Shown in pieces: positions 39,706 through 54,340 of a stretch of DNA of 64,000 nucleotides. The position numbers and the translations under genes are program-made. The notes below the pieces were generated by a model that worked only from the letters and a program-made list of their open reading frames with translations, was not told the DNA's origin and searched no databases. Within the stretch, counting starts at the first letter, position 1. The number at the start of each line of letters is the position of its first letter. Origin of the DNA: the human T2T-CHM13v2.0 reference genome, Homo sapiens; the NCBI RefSeq assembly GCF_009914755.1, contig NC_060938.1. One strand, given 5' to 3'.

Positions 39706-40599
39706 GCTACACCGTGGCTCTGCTGTCTCCCGTGGAAACCCGGGCCTCTGTTCGAGCCTGAAGTGGCCTCTCTGCACCAGGCTGCTGGGAGACCTGCAGT
39801 CACCAATGGCAACGTCACTCTTGCAACAGCCAGTGGGGTGTGGGGCAGCAGACGAAGCTCGAGTACCGCCTGGGTTCCAAGACAGAATGAGACAAAGTGA
39901 GGGGTCATATGGGTGCCTGGCCTCCCAGGCAGATGTTTCTGTTACCAGGTGGTCTTTGAATTCTGTCCTGGACTAAATATAGTTCCTTGGGCATTTTTGA
40001 TCTTGGTAATCATGCAACCATGGTACAGAAATAATTGGTCCGCTCTCATCTTTTCCAGATTACAGTTCGGGGCAGCTGAGTAGGCCCTGGGTAGAGGGCA
40101 CAGAGGTATGGCTCGGGTGCAGGCGGGACCCTGGGTGACACCCACGCAGGGTAGAGCCCCTCCCCCGGCCTCGGTCTCCCCACCTGTGTAACGAGGAAGT
40201 GGACTGGACATGACTCACGGTTCTTCCATGTCCAGCATTCTGCTTTCAGCATCACGGGAACGAGAGGTGATTTCCGTAAGCAGGCTCCAAGGTGCCACCA
40301 CCAAGCCCAGAAGTATCTTTCCCACTTTGCAGATTTCCTACAGACCCAGTATTCTCTCTTCCATGGGTTGAGTTTCTAAAATCACATGACTGTATTTTTC
40401 TTTTAATACAGAAAAGCATAATAAAGGCATAAAAGCCCATGCCCCTCTGCAGAGCACCCTGTTGACATTTTCTGAAAGTAAGTCATCTATGCACCTGGGA
40501 AGAAAGCACAGAGGACTCAGAAAGGCCAAAAACAAAAACAAAAAAGCCCCACCTCAGCCCCTGCCCCTCTCCCGGAGAAGCCGGAGTTGTCAGCCCATG

Positions 40600-41164
<565 letters not shown>

Positions 41165-42171
41165 TATACTATCTATTTGTTAAGCCCCAAATGGATCATA
41201 CTTTGGTTCAGCCTCTTGCGTTCTTTGCCTTGTTTATTTTAGAGACCTGTCTATCTCAATCCATGCAGATAAATGCCTTGCTCTTTCTTAGGTGCCACCA
41301 AGCATAGACACAGACCTCCCCAATGCCCCATCTTTCGCCATTAATCAACAGTGTTGGGATGGTAGGACACCAGGAGTTAGACACCTCAAAGCACCGGTTC
41401 TGGCCACACTGGTTATGCATATTGTACTCGACTGATTCACACTCTCATGGCCCTGGATGAGTGTCTCTGGCCATCCCGCAGGCTGGGTGCTTCCCAGTCT
41501 GAGCGTGGTGGCCTGTTCTTCTCATGGCTATTACCCCGGGCCTCTGTGGGTCCACCAGCCAGAGTTCTGATGCCCGGCGCGCTCACAGGAGCCTGACTTG
41601 GGGACAGCTTTATGAGGCAGTGCAGGGACCTTGAGGCCATAGTGGTGCAGCAGAGAGGTGGGGATGAGGAGGGGCCGCCAGGGCCCAGGGCAGCTCCTGG
41701 ACTCACTGGGAGAGCCGAAGTCCACAGGCAGCTCCTCACGCCTTGTCAGGCCTGCCCTGCACTCAGCTCCCAGATTTTATAGAAGGAAGTCCCTGCCTTT
41801 AGGCCCAGTCAAAAAAAATTGGACTGGGATATTAACAACCAACTTTCCCTGGTGCTTTCCTGAGTCAACCTCTGCAGCCGGGGCTGGCTCAGATGCCTGC
41901 CTTGGGGCCCTCTGGGGCAGCGTGTGGAGTCAGGGCCATCTGTGATCTCCTCAGCAGGTTCCATCCTGACCCTGGAGAGCCAGCTGACTTGTGGAAACAG
42001 CAGGATGCCATTCTGAGCCAAGCCCAGTGGGTAGGTACACAGGGCCAACCCAGGTCACCCATCAAGTGACCACAGAGCAATGACACCCATCTGCCCCATA
42101 CTGTCACTCGCTTAGAGAAAGTTCCAGAAGAGGGGCTCCAAGCATGTGTCCCGTGATAAAGAGGCGGCCTC

Positions 42172-43005
42172 TGCGAGGGTTAATTTCAGTGTCAACTTGG
42201 CGGGGCCACAGCGCCCAGATATTTGACCAGACATCACTCTGGGTGTTTCTGTGAGGGGCTTGGGGATGAGACTCACATTGGAATCAGTGGGCCAGGTAAA
42301 GCAGTTTCCCCTCCCTAATATGGGTGGGCCTCATCCAATCAGTTGACAGCCTGAATAGGACAAAGGGGGTCCCGTCCCCTGAGTAAGATAGAATTCCTCT
42401 TGCCTGCCAGCCTTTGAGCTGAATGTCTAGCTTTTTCCTGCCTTTGGACTTGAACTGAAACGTCCGCTCTGTCTAAGCTCGGGCTGCTGTAGACTGTGTG
42501 GCTTAAGCATCAAATATTCATTTCCCACCATTCAGGAGGCTGGAAGTCCAGCACCACGGTGCTGCCAATTTGATTTTGGTGAGGGCCCACTTACTGCTGG
42601 CCTTCCTCTCTCTACGTCCTAATGTGACAGAGATCAGAGAGAGAGAGCTGCCCTGTCTCTTCTTATAAGGGCACTGATTTCGTTCATTAGCGCTCCACCC
42701 TCCTGACCTAATCACCTTCAAAACACCCCACCTCCTAAGACCATCACATTGGAGGTTGGGGTCCACCATATGAATTTTGGGGGGACATGTCTAGTCCCTA
42801 GTAGCCTCTTCTGGGTCTCCAGCTTGCTGACTGAAAATCTTGGGACTTATCAATTCAGTTATTCCAGGAGCCAGTTCTTTACAATAAATCCCTGTTTGTG
42901 TGTGTGTGTGTGTGCGTGTGTATGTGTGTGTGTGTGCATGTGTATGTGTGTGCATGTGTGTACATTCTGTTGGTTCTGTTTCTCTGGAGAACCTTGACTA
43001 ATAAC
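42172..43005 (+). mobile_element. MLT2 (MLT2D-like) ERVL LTR, split by a nested MLT1A
   Basis: 5' ggttaatttcagtgtcaacttgg; 3' (TG)n then ttggttctgtttctctggagaacc...taataaca. Confidence 0.8.
42470..42805 (-). mobile_element. MLT1A0-like LTR nested in MLT2
   Basis: ggaggctggaagtcca...cttataagggcact...atatgaattttggggggaca. Confidence 0.8.
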
Positions 43006-44389
43006 ATTCTCCAAGGTGACAAGGAGACTGACAGGGGGAGAGTGAAGTTTAACACATCGGTTAAAATAGTCACAAGATTCTCATCAACTGCCACAAATGG
43101 CATCTGGCCACAGCCACTGAGCTTGGCCACTTCTCCGGCTTTGCAAACGCCGCTGGATGCGCCCGGCCTGCTGTCCCACAGTCCCACCCTGCCTTCTCCT
43201 ACGTGTCCTTTCTGAACTGCCTTCCAAGCTCCTCCCAACCCCGTAGGGTCCACCTCATTGTGCCTCCTTTGTCTCCTCCTCCGCAGCTCCCCTCCCAACA
43301 CTGGGTTCCTAGCTCCTAGAGGTCAGAGGTCACACTTTTCCCTCTCTCTGTCTCGGTAGGTGAAAGCAGTAAGTGGCACCTAACGGGAAGTGATGGGGTT
43401 GGTGGGGAAGAGAACAAAGTGTGGATCAGTCCTGAGGAGGCTGTGCAAAGACCCAGTGCTGGGTCCAAGGCCCAACCCCAAGAACCAGGATCTTGTGCCT
43501 CAGTTTCCTAACTGTAAAAGGGGATGTTGGAATCACGTGTGTCAAAGATCCCTTCCAATTCTGTTCTTTGTGGGTTTTCTCATGTCTAGAGCTGGAAGAG
43601 GGCAAGCAGAGAACGCCCCCGCCTCCAGGCCCCGAGCACTGTGAGCTGTCTGCCTGCACAGGGCTGCCTGACCCCACCCTCCTGACCACGTCCCCACTCC
43701 TGGGGACGGTTCCCGGCCTCCACGGCATCCCGGGGAAGGCAACAGAGATGGACTGGAGGGCACGGGAGGACACGCATTCACTGACCGTCCAGCCCAGCAA
43801 AGCAAGAAACCGTCAAAAACTAAAAATTCCATTTGTAAACAAGATCGAATTATTTGATTGTGAAACCAGGGTCCATGGAATTTAAAATAATTTAATATGA
43901 AACAATATCATTTGAAATGCTGGCCAGCCAAGGACCTGGACGGGGAGGGGGACTCTGTCCTCCTGTGCCCAGCCACGTGGAAACCCAGCCTCAGAGAATA
44001 ATAACAAATCATTCTACAGCAAGTGTGGCTGAGATTCAGCTACGTGGCAGCCCCAGGCCAGGCCCGGGGGGCAGCCGGCGAAGACTCCTCGTCCTCTCAG
44101 AGTTTACGGTCTAACTGAGCAGACCAGGGTTGGACAATTAAATAACGATGCCAGAAAGCAGGAGAGGAGTGAGTGGGTGGCACTCAAGCCAAAAGGGAGG
44201 CCTGATAGAGCCAAGGGGAGTGTGCTGTGGGCCATGGCACTGCCAGAGGAGGCTCTTGGGTGCTCTGGCACCGCAGTGAGCAGCTGGGGGCTTGGTAAGT
44301 AGGGAAAGCCAGCACTCAGAGGAGAAGGTGGCAGAAAAAGAAATATTCAGAATAGGAAGCGTGATCATTTGCAACCCCAGCTTTGTCTT

Positions 44390-44500
44390 GTACTGCCCAT
44401 GCCAACTTGGGCAAGCACGTTATCCCAAGCCTCAGTCTTCTCATCTACAGAATGGGAACAATCCCAGTCCCTACTTCCTGGCTGTTGTGAGGGTCGGAAA
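44390..44500 (+). mobile_element. MIR
   Basis: cttgggcaag...gcctcagtcttctcatctacagaatggg. Confidence 0.65.
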
Positions 44501-46529
44501 TCATTCACGTGCAGCCCTCTGGGAGCCCGTGTCCCTGACAGACAGTGGTGCTCCAGGTGGAGCACGAGGCACCGCTGGCGCTGTAAGCAGATGCCTGTGG
44601 AGGGAGGGGAGGAGCAGGTTTCCTAGAGGCCTGGGAGGGGCTGATGCCTCTGCAGTGGGCTCTGCACTCAGCTGCCTTGAAATCCCAGCAACAGTGCCTG
44701 CCTGGAGTGACGGGAGCAGGCTCTTTGGGGACCGGGGGGTCAGGAGGGCACATGCACGTGCCTTGCAGCTGGTGCCTCTTGGAAGGATGGGGAGGCGGGG
44801 ACCCGGCAGACCCTGGTGCACCGACACTCCACAGCCATGTCTTCTGCCTCAACATAAACACGATTGGGAATAGTTCAGGACTGTAAGAGCAAGAAAAACA
44901 AACCCAGGGAAACCAAAGAGCGCGCAAATGCTAACTTTCATGTCACATCCAGAAACCACATGTTCATCAAGCCACCTGCGGGCTTGTAACTCAGTGGGGA
45001 GACACAGGGTTGTTGTCCTTAGAAAAATCAAGCTATCCTTACAGCTGCAAGGGGAAAAGTCCAGTTGCTGCCTCCCCTCCATCATCCTGGACCAGGTCCC
45101 CCCACAGAACAGCCCTTTGAGGCAGCCAGGGAGCTTCCCGTCGCTGTGGCCACCTGGGGCATGGCCCCTAAACCTTTCCGTGCACAGGGGGTTGGGGAAA
45201 AGCCCCGGACCTCCAGGCTGATGAGTGGCAGGCCCAGAACCCCCATCAGGGTGCCCAGCTCCCCAGTCTCCCTGTCTCACCACCACCCCAACCTGGGCTC
45301 AGCCGCCCCCGTTCAGGGCAGGCAGGACTTGTCCTGGCCTCGGGGAGGGGCCGGGGAAGAGGAGAGAAGACCCCAGTGGGGCCCCCCAGGCCCGCACATG
45401 CCGCCCGACTACCTGTGGGCTTGGGGAGGGCTCCAGATCACTCCTGCCCTCAGAGACGGCGATGCTGAGAAGTGTTATTTTTATTCCTCCCCAAGCCTTG
45501 CCAGATTACATTGTCAAGGCCAGCACTTTGGAGATATTTCCTTGGTTTCGCAATTCACACAGTGACTAACACATGTTACATTTTGAAAACTTCTCTGGGT
45601 AAAAATTTAAGCTGAATTGTAAATACATAAAAGTCTCAACGTTAATGGGGTACATGATATCTCAGTGACTATTGTGTAACACCAAGATTCGGAAAGGATG
45701 TGGAATTCCATATAGTCGGGTGAGGATGCCGTCCCAGAGCCGCCCTGTGAAAGCATCATTGTGAGCAGCAACCTTGCCTTTCTCTGCGGTTATGTAAGTT
45801 ACAAAACCCTTTGCCTCTTGGCCTCGTGAGGCATCAGGACCCTCAGGAGGCTGGAACTGCAGAGCTCCGCCCGCGATGATGAATCCCCTCCAGGGGGCAT
45901 GTGCACACGTGCCCGGCACACCCTGCCAGGGGCTTCATGCTTGTGACCTCCTTGGCACCATGAGGCACTGGGCTACAGGTGACAAAACTGAGGCACATGC
46001 ATGTTAAGGGACTTGCCTAAGGACATCCCCTGACAGAGGCAAGCAGGACTCAATCCCAGATGGAATGCTCACTGCTATGCCCATCACCCCCTCAGCCCCT
46101 GGTGCTGGGCAGCCATGAGCCATGCTGTGCCGTGTCATGCACACTGCACCCCCCCCCCAATGATGGCACAGGATGGCCCCCACCAGGACAGGCGATGCAT
46201 GGGCGGTCACCTGGGGTCACTGTCAGAGCATCTGGACTACGAAATGAAGGGGATGGGCCACTTGGCAGTGTCCCTACGCAAGCCAGAGCTACAGGAGCAC
46301 CTGGGCATAGGTGTGGGAAGGAGGCAGGGAGAGAAGGAAGGAAGCAGAGAAGCCAAGAGTGGTTGGGGAGTGGCTGTGTTGGGAGCCAGTCCCCCCACTG
46401 CCCAGGCTCCTGCCCAGCCGAGTGCCCAGAGCCCTGCCCATCTGCAGCAGCCCTGCCCAGCCCTCCCGAGCCTCCACCTGCCTGTTCATTGCTTTGCTGG
46501 ATGACGCTTATCAGCCTCTACTTGGCCAG

Positions 46530-46685
46530 TTTTCTGTTTCATTTCCCCGTTCAACATTGATCTCCACACAGGACTGTAGACTCCATGCAGGCAGCACACT
46601 GTCTGCCGGGCTCCTGGCCGCATCACCAGAGCCTGGCCCCAGGACTGGGCATGGTGGGCATTGAGTAGTTATTTGTTGAATGTAT
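46530..46685 (+). mobile_element. L2 3' end
   Basis: gactgtagactccatgcaggcag...tatttgttgaatgtatg. Confidence 0.7.
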
Positions 46686-47995
46686 GCACCTCCGAAAGAA
46701 AGAGGGAGCCACCATCCTCGCCTCGCTGCTGTGGCTCACTGAGTGGCTTTACCACCTAAGATGCCTGCTGCCTTTCTCCTGCTCCTTCTGTGACCTCAGA
46801 CAGGCAGTGCAGGGGAGGGGTAGGCAGGGCAGCTCTCTCCTCAGCAGAGCTCACCTTGGGCCACTCAGGGGCCAGGAAGTGGCAGTGCAACTCGAGACGT
46901 TTATGACACAATCAACTCCCTGCTGAATATTGATTTTTCTTCAAAGCTCAGGGCCTATCTGTCTGGGCTCCTCCCAGCGCCACCCCCAGCCCTGCCTGGC
47001 GAGCCTGGAGACTCCAGCAGCAAGGCTTCATGCTCCCAGACGCTGCAGGTCCCCCTACTCCGCCCTGGTCAGGGCCCTCCCCACCGACATCCTGGTAACT
47101 TAGACATTGCAAGCCACAGCTGCCGCAGTGTGCCAGAAAACGTCCCTCCAAAGACACAGGATTTATGAAGGACTGTTCTCTGCTGTGTCAGGAAGGGTAT
47201 TCACACAGGTTGGGAAGCATCTCATGTGCTCCTTTATTGACTGTGCTGGGAAATACTGAAGTGGGCAAATGCCGTCCATCTGAGCTCTCAGGACATGTGG
47301 GGGATAAAGGGGAGTTGAGGCTGACCAGGAGGCTATCACAGGTCAGTGTGATAAGCACAAAAATAAAAGTATGCCCAGGGCACCAGGACGGCAGGATCCG
47401 CTCGAAGTGGGGTCGACAGAGGCTTCCCAAAGAAAGGAAGTTTCCACCATCTCTTGCGATTTTCATTTGGCATCTCCAGAATGCCTGTTCTATTAGAACC
47501 AACTAAGGCCTTAATGGGATTACTCAGCTTTCAGTCATAACAAGTTTGTCTAGGTCATGTAGGGAGGTACTTTAAAGTCATTCTTCCTTCTCTTTTATTA
47601 TAGCAATGACTTACAATGCTTGAAAAAACATTTTCCTTAATTCAATTACCAAGTGAGCTAAATGCATTTGCTGGAGATAATTAAGAATCTTTACAAATAT
47701 AAAACAATTATCCCATCAAAATACAGTGCTGGATGCTATTATTCACGCTGGGTTTTCAATCAGAGCCCCCTCTCCCCTTTTAAAGCAATTCCAAAGCCCC
47801 CTGTGCCTGCCTTTGCTGGCCGTCCCTGTGAGCCCAGGCCATTTGTCCTGCCAGCTCTCCAGCACCATGGAAGGGCGCCCTGTCTGCCCGACCCCTGGCC
47901 CGGAGCCACCAGAGCTCTCTTCGCTCACCTCTCTGGTCCTAGTCTTGGCCCAGAGCAGGTATCAAAAACAACGTGACACAGACCAGAGGAGCCGG

Positions 47996-48265
47996 GGGAG
48001 ACGTGACAACTAAATGCAATGAAGTCCCCTGGCGTGGGTCCTGGAACAGAGACAGGACATTAATGGGAAAACTAGCGAAATCCAAATAAAGTCTGGAATT
48101 GAGTTAACAATGGCCCAATGTCAGCTTCTGAGTGCTGGCAAATGTACCACGGTAATGTGCGCGGTTCACAAAGGGAAGACCGGGTGGGGGGCGAACGGGA
48201 ACTCTCTGTACTATCGTAACTTTTCTATAAATCTAAAATTGTTCCAAAATAAAAGTTTATAAAAA
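47996..48265 (+). mobile_element. L1MC/ME-type 3' end
   Basis: gggaactctctgtactatc...aaatctaaaattgttccaaaataaaagtt. Confidence 0.75.
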
Positions 48266-48832
48266 CAAAGCAAAACAACAAATGGGACTGAGTGGGCAAA
48301 AGAGAAGGCAGAATGTCTCCATTGCTGAAGTGAGTATTCCTGGTCTTCAGAAACCCGCCTGGCCCCCACACCCACCCCCCACCTCCAGTTGCAGTCCCGT
48401 CTCAGTTCCCTCTGAAGACAAGTCTCAGGGACCAGCTGCCTGCGGTTGCTGCCTCCACTTCAACACTATCTCTCCCCACGCTATTTGTCCTGAGCCACAA
48501 AGTGAAGGTGAGGTGTCAAAGTGAGCACCTGCAGGACGGCACCCTGGATGTTTAGCCTAAGAAAGCTCCCCCGTCCTCCTTAGAGAAGCCCCCACATTGC
48601 ACACCAAGGAGTGAGGCTGAGGCAGTGCTGCTGTCAGTATTCTCCAAGGCCGCTAACTGGACCTCTGGACAACCTGCTCTTCACAGGGCCCCCTCAGTCC
48701 CTCCTGTCCTGGCCACAGGCCACAGCCTCCCTCAGACAGGCTGGAATGAAGGAACACACTGAGCCTGGTCTGCAAACCCTGGCGGGGGCTTGTACTGGAC
48801 AGCAGTGCTGATATGGGGTGGGCTGAGTATAG

Positions 48833-48904
48833 CAGAGGCATAACTTCCATCCCCCAGGTCTGGGTACAGACACAGGCATGACTTCCATCCCCCAGGGCTG
48901 TGAA
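48833..48904 (+). repeat. 38-bp tandem duplication
   Basis: aggcatRacttccatcccccaggKctg at 48836 and 48874. Confidence 0.85.
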
Positions 48905-49159
48905 AAGGAGACGCTGTCCAAGGCACCTCATCTGACGGTGCTTGCGATGACCGCGCAGGACATCAGAGGGGCCAGAAGCACCCACGGCCCTGCGGTCGTA
49001 TTTACCTCATCATTGCCATGCCTTTGAGGAGCTTTCCTGGGCCTTCTGAGTGCCTGAGCTTGGGAAGTAACCAGTGGCTCTATGAGATTTCCCCCAGAGG
49101 GCACTACGATTTTCATGGGCCTCTCCCACCATAAAAATACCTGTATTTAAAAACGTGTT

Positions 49160-49680
49160 TAAGGAATACAAATCCTTCTACCATAAAGATAGGCATGTGT
49201 CCTTGCGGCACTATTCACAATAGCAAAGACATGGAATCAACCTTGATGCACCTCAGTGGTGGACTGGATAAAGAAAATGTGGTACCTATATACCATGGAA
49301 TACGATGCAGCCATAAAACAGAACATCAGACATCAGGTCCTTTGCAGCAGCACGGATGGAGCTGGAGGGATGGAGCTGGAGGCCGTCATCCTACGCGAAT
49401 TAACGCAGGCACAGAAAATCAAATACTGCATGTTCTCACTTATAAATGTGACCTAAACACTGAGCACACATGGATACAAAGGAGGAAACAGGGAACACTG
49501 GGACATACTCTAGGGTGGAGGGAGGGGAGAGGCTGAGGATGGAAAAACTACCTTTCAGGTATTATTCGGATGACCTGGGTGACAAAATTATCTGTACACC
49601 AAACCCCATGACATGCAATTTACCCATGTAACAAACCTGCACATGTACCTTTGAACCTAAAATAAAAGCTGGGGGGAAAA
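49160..49680 (+). mobile_element. L1PA15/16-like 3' end
   Basis: cactattcacaatagcaaagacatggaatcaacc...gtaacaaacctgcacatgtac...aacctaaaataaaag. Confidence 0.85.
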
Positions 49681-49859
49681 TTGTAGTAAATGTCCCTAAG
49701 TATGAAATAAATAAATAAAATTTAAAAATAAAAAAATTAATAAATCTTCAAATGCTTCCACATATTTTTTTCTGGTTTAAGCAAAGTTAGAGAGATGTTC
49801 TTGGGCCCCTAAAGGTATCAGGTTGAGACAGACATCCTCGCCCTGGGCCTGCGGAGCTT

Positions 49860-50070
49860 AATGGACAGGCCGGGTCCCGGGCCACACTTACCAGTTAAGT
49901 GACCTGGGGCAAGTTACTTAACCACCCCATCTTCAATCCCTCATCTGCAAAACAGGGATAATGATACCTGCTCTGCAGAGCTTTTATGAGGATTGCTTAA
50001 GCTAATTGGTGTAAAAGCATTAATTCCAGCCTGGCCCCCAGGAGGCGATCAATAAAGAAGCATTACTCTT
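49860..50070 (+). mobile_element. MIR
   Basis: gtgacctggggcaagttacttaacc...ctcatctgcaaaacaggg. Confidence 0.8.
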
Positions 50071-50460
50071 GTGAAATACTCTAGCCATCAGAGCAGGCAA
50101 CAATGTTTCTGTCTTCTAAAACGTTCCCAAGAGAGCCTCGGCTTTACTCTACAAATAAGACCTCTTGATTTTATTCTGCGAGCTTAAATATCTTTGACTC
50201 TCTCATTACCTGAAACTCAAGGTCCTTAAATAGGTCTGAGGCCCCTAAACGTTCCTCTAAGTGCCCTGTAGAGCCATCACTTAGTGGCTGAGACACACTC
50301 GCTGGCTTTCCCATCGACAGATGCCTCGGTGGCCCTTTCTGGATCATCTAATCCCTGCTCCAGGCCACTGGCTCAAGTTCCCTCATTGTAATAAGTGCAA
50401 GGGAGGGTGTTTATGAAGGAAAGGGGGTTTGACTGAAGTCCAGGCTGAACTCGGAATTTC

Positions 50461-50716
50461 CCTGTTTGCTTTCTCTTCCTCCCCAGGCGTGCTGATGGAC
50501 CAGACCTGCGGGAGCTAACTCGACAGGCCTCCAGCTGCCAGAGATTTGAGATGTTAGTCAGGGCTCAGGGGCGGGGGGCTCCGGGAGCAGGGAGCAGGGA
50601 GCTGGAGCCCTGAAAAGACCTCAGCGTCTCCTTGTCAGGACTGAACTTCCACCTTGGGTCCTCGCTGAGTCTTATTTTGCTAATGAGATCAGACAGGCTT
50701 GTAATTTTAGGTAACT
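50461..50716 (+). ncRNA. Candidate plus-strand exon 50487-50710
   Basis: Strong acceptor tttgctttctcttcctccccag|gc; possible donor TAG|gtaact. Confidence 0.25.
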
Positions 50717-51999
50717 GCAATTGCTAAGACTGGAAGAGAGACTCATTCTCTGGCATTCCCACAAATTCTTCCCAGTTTGTTTAGCTTAGGAAATTAGGCA
50801 AGAGCAGGTAGAAAAACGGCAGGTCAAACACAAGCCATTGCAAGAAACTGACTCATGCTTTACCAACAGCGTTATTCATCCCCCCCGTTCCTCTCCCTGG
50901 CTATGTATTTATTCGTTTATTCAGCAAACATTGATTGAGCACCTAACATGTGTCTCTGCCTTTTCACACCCTCAGGCCCTTGCCCAGGCTGCATCCTCCG
51001 CCATGTCCTCCCGTTGACCCACTGTGTATCCTTCTAGACCAGGTCAAAGGCTACCTCCTCTGGGAAGCCTGCCCCAAAGTTCCATGCCAGACCCAATCCC
51101 TGCCTCTCTGTAGGAAGGAGACTACCATGGCTCCCAAGAGGAGCACTGGCTGCCGAGTCAGAAGAGGTTGGCTGAGAAGCACGGCTCCAGGACATCCCTG
51201 ATGTGTGGCTTGGGCAAGGTACTGAGGCTTTCTGCTTTCTTTCCTCTTCTATAAAGTGTGAATACTAATACCTCCCAAAACTAAGTGCCCAGGGTGCTAC
51301 ATAAAATACACTACACATCACTTTCCACGTGGAACTGAGCTTACAAGAAAGGCAAGGAGTTTCCCAGAGGCCAAAGGCAGGGGAAAGCCAAGAGCGAGAG
51401 TGATAAGTCGGTGCTGGCATGAAGCCACCTCAGGTGTCAGGCAGTCCCAGTGGCTTTCAGTGGCCATCCAGGGGCAGAGAGAAGGTGGGATGGCAGGATT
51501 GCCATCCTTGCACCAAACCAGAACCTCAGAGGTTCTAACGCCAGTGGAGGGGCAACTTGAGAAAACCACCTGCTGCATGTGGAGGCTTCTACTGCTTACC
51601 CATATTAAATGCTCTTCTTCCTCCAGGCGACAGATGAACACAGTCTCTGACCCCAGCAATTAGCCTGGGCTTGGGACTAGCTCTGGCCAAAGGGCTCTGA
51701 GAGGAAGCGATGTGAATCGCTCCTAGACTAAAGCCATTGACACCACCAGACTCGGCAGCGCCATCTCTCTCCTGTGGCACGTGTGGAGGCTGAGCCTGAA
51801 AATGGTAACCTGGACCCAGGCTGCTCCAGGGAAGACATTTCCCTGGAGAGTTACTCAAGTCCCCAGCAAACTTTGCAGGAGCCATAAAAGCAAGAAATAA
51901 AGCATCTGTTGGGTTTAGCCAGTGAGAGAGTTCCTTTGTTGCTGCAGCAGAACTTAGGCTATCCTGACTAATTCAGCTAGTAAAAGAAGCAGCAGGAGC

Positions 52000-52800
52000 A
52001 CTTGTCTGTCTCTCTCTGGGATCCAGGTGGAGGACAAGTCTCCCCTGACAATCACAGCCACAGACCTCACTTCACAGGAGGGTGGGGTTCGAATTCATAC
52101 TCCCTTTGTGTTCAAGGAAACTCCAAACCATAAAATTAAAGATATTTCAGGTATGTAGTGTTCCGTGACTAGAAGCAAACTCAGATCCCCCAACCTGACC
52201 TCACAGGATTCCCACAAATAAAGACTCACCAGAACAGGCAGTCGAAATCCCAAATTCAAACCCCAAGAACTTCAAACAAAAATTACTCACTAGGGAATTT
52301 TTAAAAATAATTTTAATGCATAAAGAAATGAATTGAGAGCCAAAACTATGGGCAATTAGCAAAGTACTATCAAAAGTGACTAAATAAATTTGAAAGAGAA
52401 CCAAACAGAACTATGAAAATCTTATTAACGATATGAAAACCTATTTGGTAAAACTGCAGATTCGAACTGGCTCAACACAGAATTAGTGAAATGAAAGGTA
52501 GAATCGAAGCAATTACCCAGAGAATCACAGAGAGAAACGCTGCTGGAGAAAAAAAAAAAAAAGAGGTGAAGAGGCATCGAGGCAGAGTGAGTAGCGTGAT
52601 AGCTAATTAACGTTCTGGAAGAGGACAGTAGAAATAACAGGGCTGGGGGTGCATGCCTAAAGCTATAATGGCTAAGAATGCTCCAAGATTGACAGTAGAT
52701 GTGAATCTTTAGATTCAAGAATACTAGTGAGTTTATAGCAGGATAAATAAAAATATGCCTTGAGATATCATAGTAGAACTGCAGGATACCAAAGACAAAA
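52000..52800 (+). mobile_element. Old L1 5'/ORF1-region fragment
   Basis: cacagaattagtgaa...aattacccaga...gatacc aaagacaaaa, A-rich decayed ORF1 pattern. Confidence 0.55.
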
Positions 52801-52829
52801 GGAAAGCATATGCTTATTATAAATTCATC

Positions 52830-54340
52830 AGATTTATTAATTTGTAAGAGAAAAATGTATCAAGCACCTGCTAGGTGCCAGGCAGTGTTGTAGACACTTG
52901 GGATATATCCGTCCAGAAAGAGACAGAATTTGTGTTCATTGTCACCAGGAAGACAGGTGACAAAAAATAAACATAATAAATAAGTAAATTATACAGTGTG
53001 TTAGATATTGGCAAATGCTATCAATTGGAATATATGGAAAAAGAAACAAAAAAGGATGAGGAGACTCTGAGTATGTGTGTGGTTGGGAGAGGCTGAGCCA
53101 GGGCACCATATTTAATAAAATGTCAGGGGAGTTAACAAAGGGAAGAGATAACCTACAGGATAGGAGAAAATATTTGCAAACTCTCCATCCAACAGGGGGT
53201 TAATAAGCAGAATGTATAAAGAAAGCAATAGCAAATAATAACAATCTGTTTTTAAAATGGACAATAGACCTGAATAGACATTTCTCAAAGGAAGACATAC
53301 AAATGGCCAACAGGGATTTGAAAAAATGGTCAACATCACTAATCATCAGGGAAATGCAAATCAAAACCACAATGAGACAGCATCTCACCCCAGTTAAAAA
53401 TGGATATTAGCAAAAAGACAAAAAGTAATGGATACTGGTGAGGATGTGGAGAAGAACACTGTTGGTGGGAATGTAAAGTAATACAGTCATTAGGGAAAAC
53501 AGTATGGAGGTTCCTCAAAAACCTACAACTAGAACTATCACATGATCTAGAAATCCCACTGCTGGGTATGTATCCTAAAGAAAGGAAATCAATATGTCAA
53601 AGTGGTATCCGCACTCCCATCTTTATTACAGCACTATTCATAATAGCCAAGATGTGGGATCAACCTGAGTCCATCAACAGATGAATGGATAAAGAAAATG
53701 TGGTATATGTATGCAATGGAATATTATTCAGCCATAAAAAGGATGAAATCTTGTCATTTGCGGCAACGTGGGTGGAACTGGAAGTCATTATGCTAAATGA
53801 AATAAGCCAGGCACAGAAAGATAAATATGGCATCACATGTTCTCAGTCGTATGTGAGAGCTAAAAAAAGTGGATTTCATGGGGAGTGGAATGGTGGTTAC
53901 TAGAGCTAGGAAGGGCAGGAGGGAGGGAGAGAAGTTGGCTAATGGGTACAAAAATACAGTTAGATGGAAGGAGTAAGTTCTAGTATTCAATAGTATAGTA
54001 CAGAGACTATAGCTAACAATAAGTTATTGTACATTTCAAGATAGCTAAAAAAGAAGAACTGGAATGTTCCCAACACAAAGAAAAGATAAATATTTGAGGT
54101 GATAGATATTCCAATTACTCTGATTTGATCATTACACATTGTATACAGATATCCAAATATCACAGGTACTCCCAAAGTACACACAGCTACTACATATCAA
54201 TTTTTAATATTACACCTGAAAACAATTTCAAGAGAGGCTTCATTGAGAAGGTAAAATTTGGGAGGGGAATTGAAGGAGAGGAAGGAGTTGGTGAGACCGA
54301 GATATGGAAGAGTGTCTCTCAGGAAGAGAAGCAGCTAGGG
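52830..54340 (-). mobile_element. L2 interrupted by an L1MA
   Basis: caagcacctgctaggtgccaggcagtgtt at the left; resumes agaggcttcattgagaaggt at ~54233. Confidence 0.65.
53131..54205 (+). mobile_element. L1MA-type ORF2 3' end plus 3' UTR
   Basis: gacatttctcaaaggaagacatacaaatggccaacag...tgatttgatcattacacattgtata. Confidence 0.9.

Noticed and set aside
49195-53903. L1 ORF2-like peptide fragments (e.g. WIKKMWYLYTMEY)
   Set aside because: Truncated, frameshifted fossils, not functional CDS.
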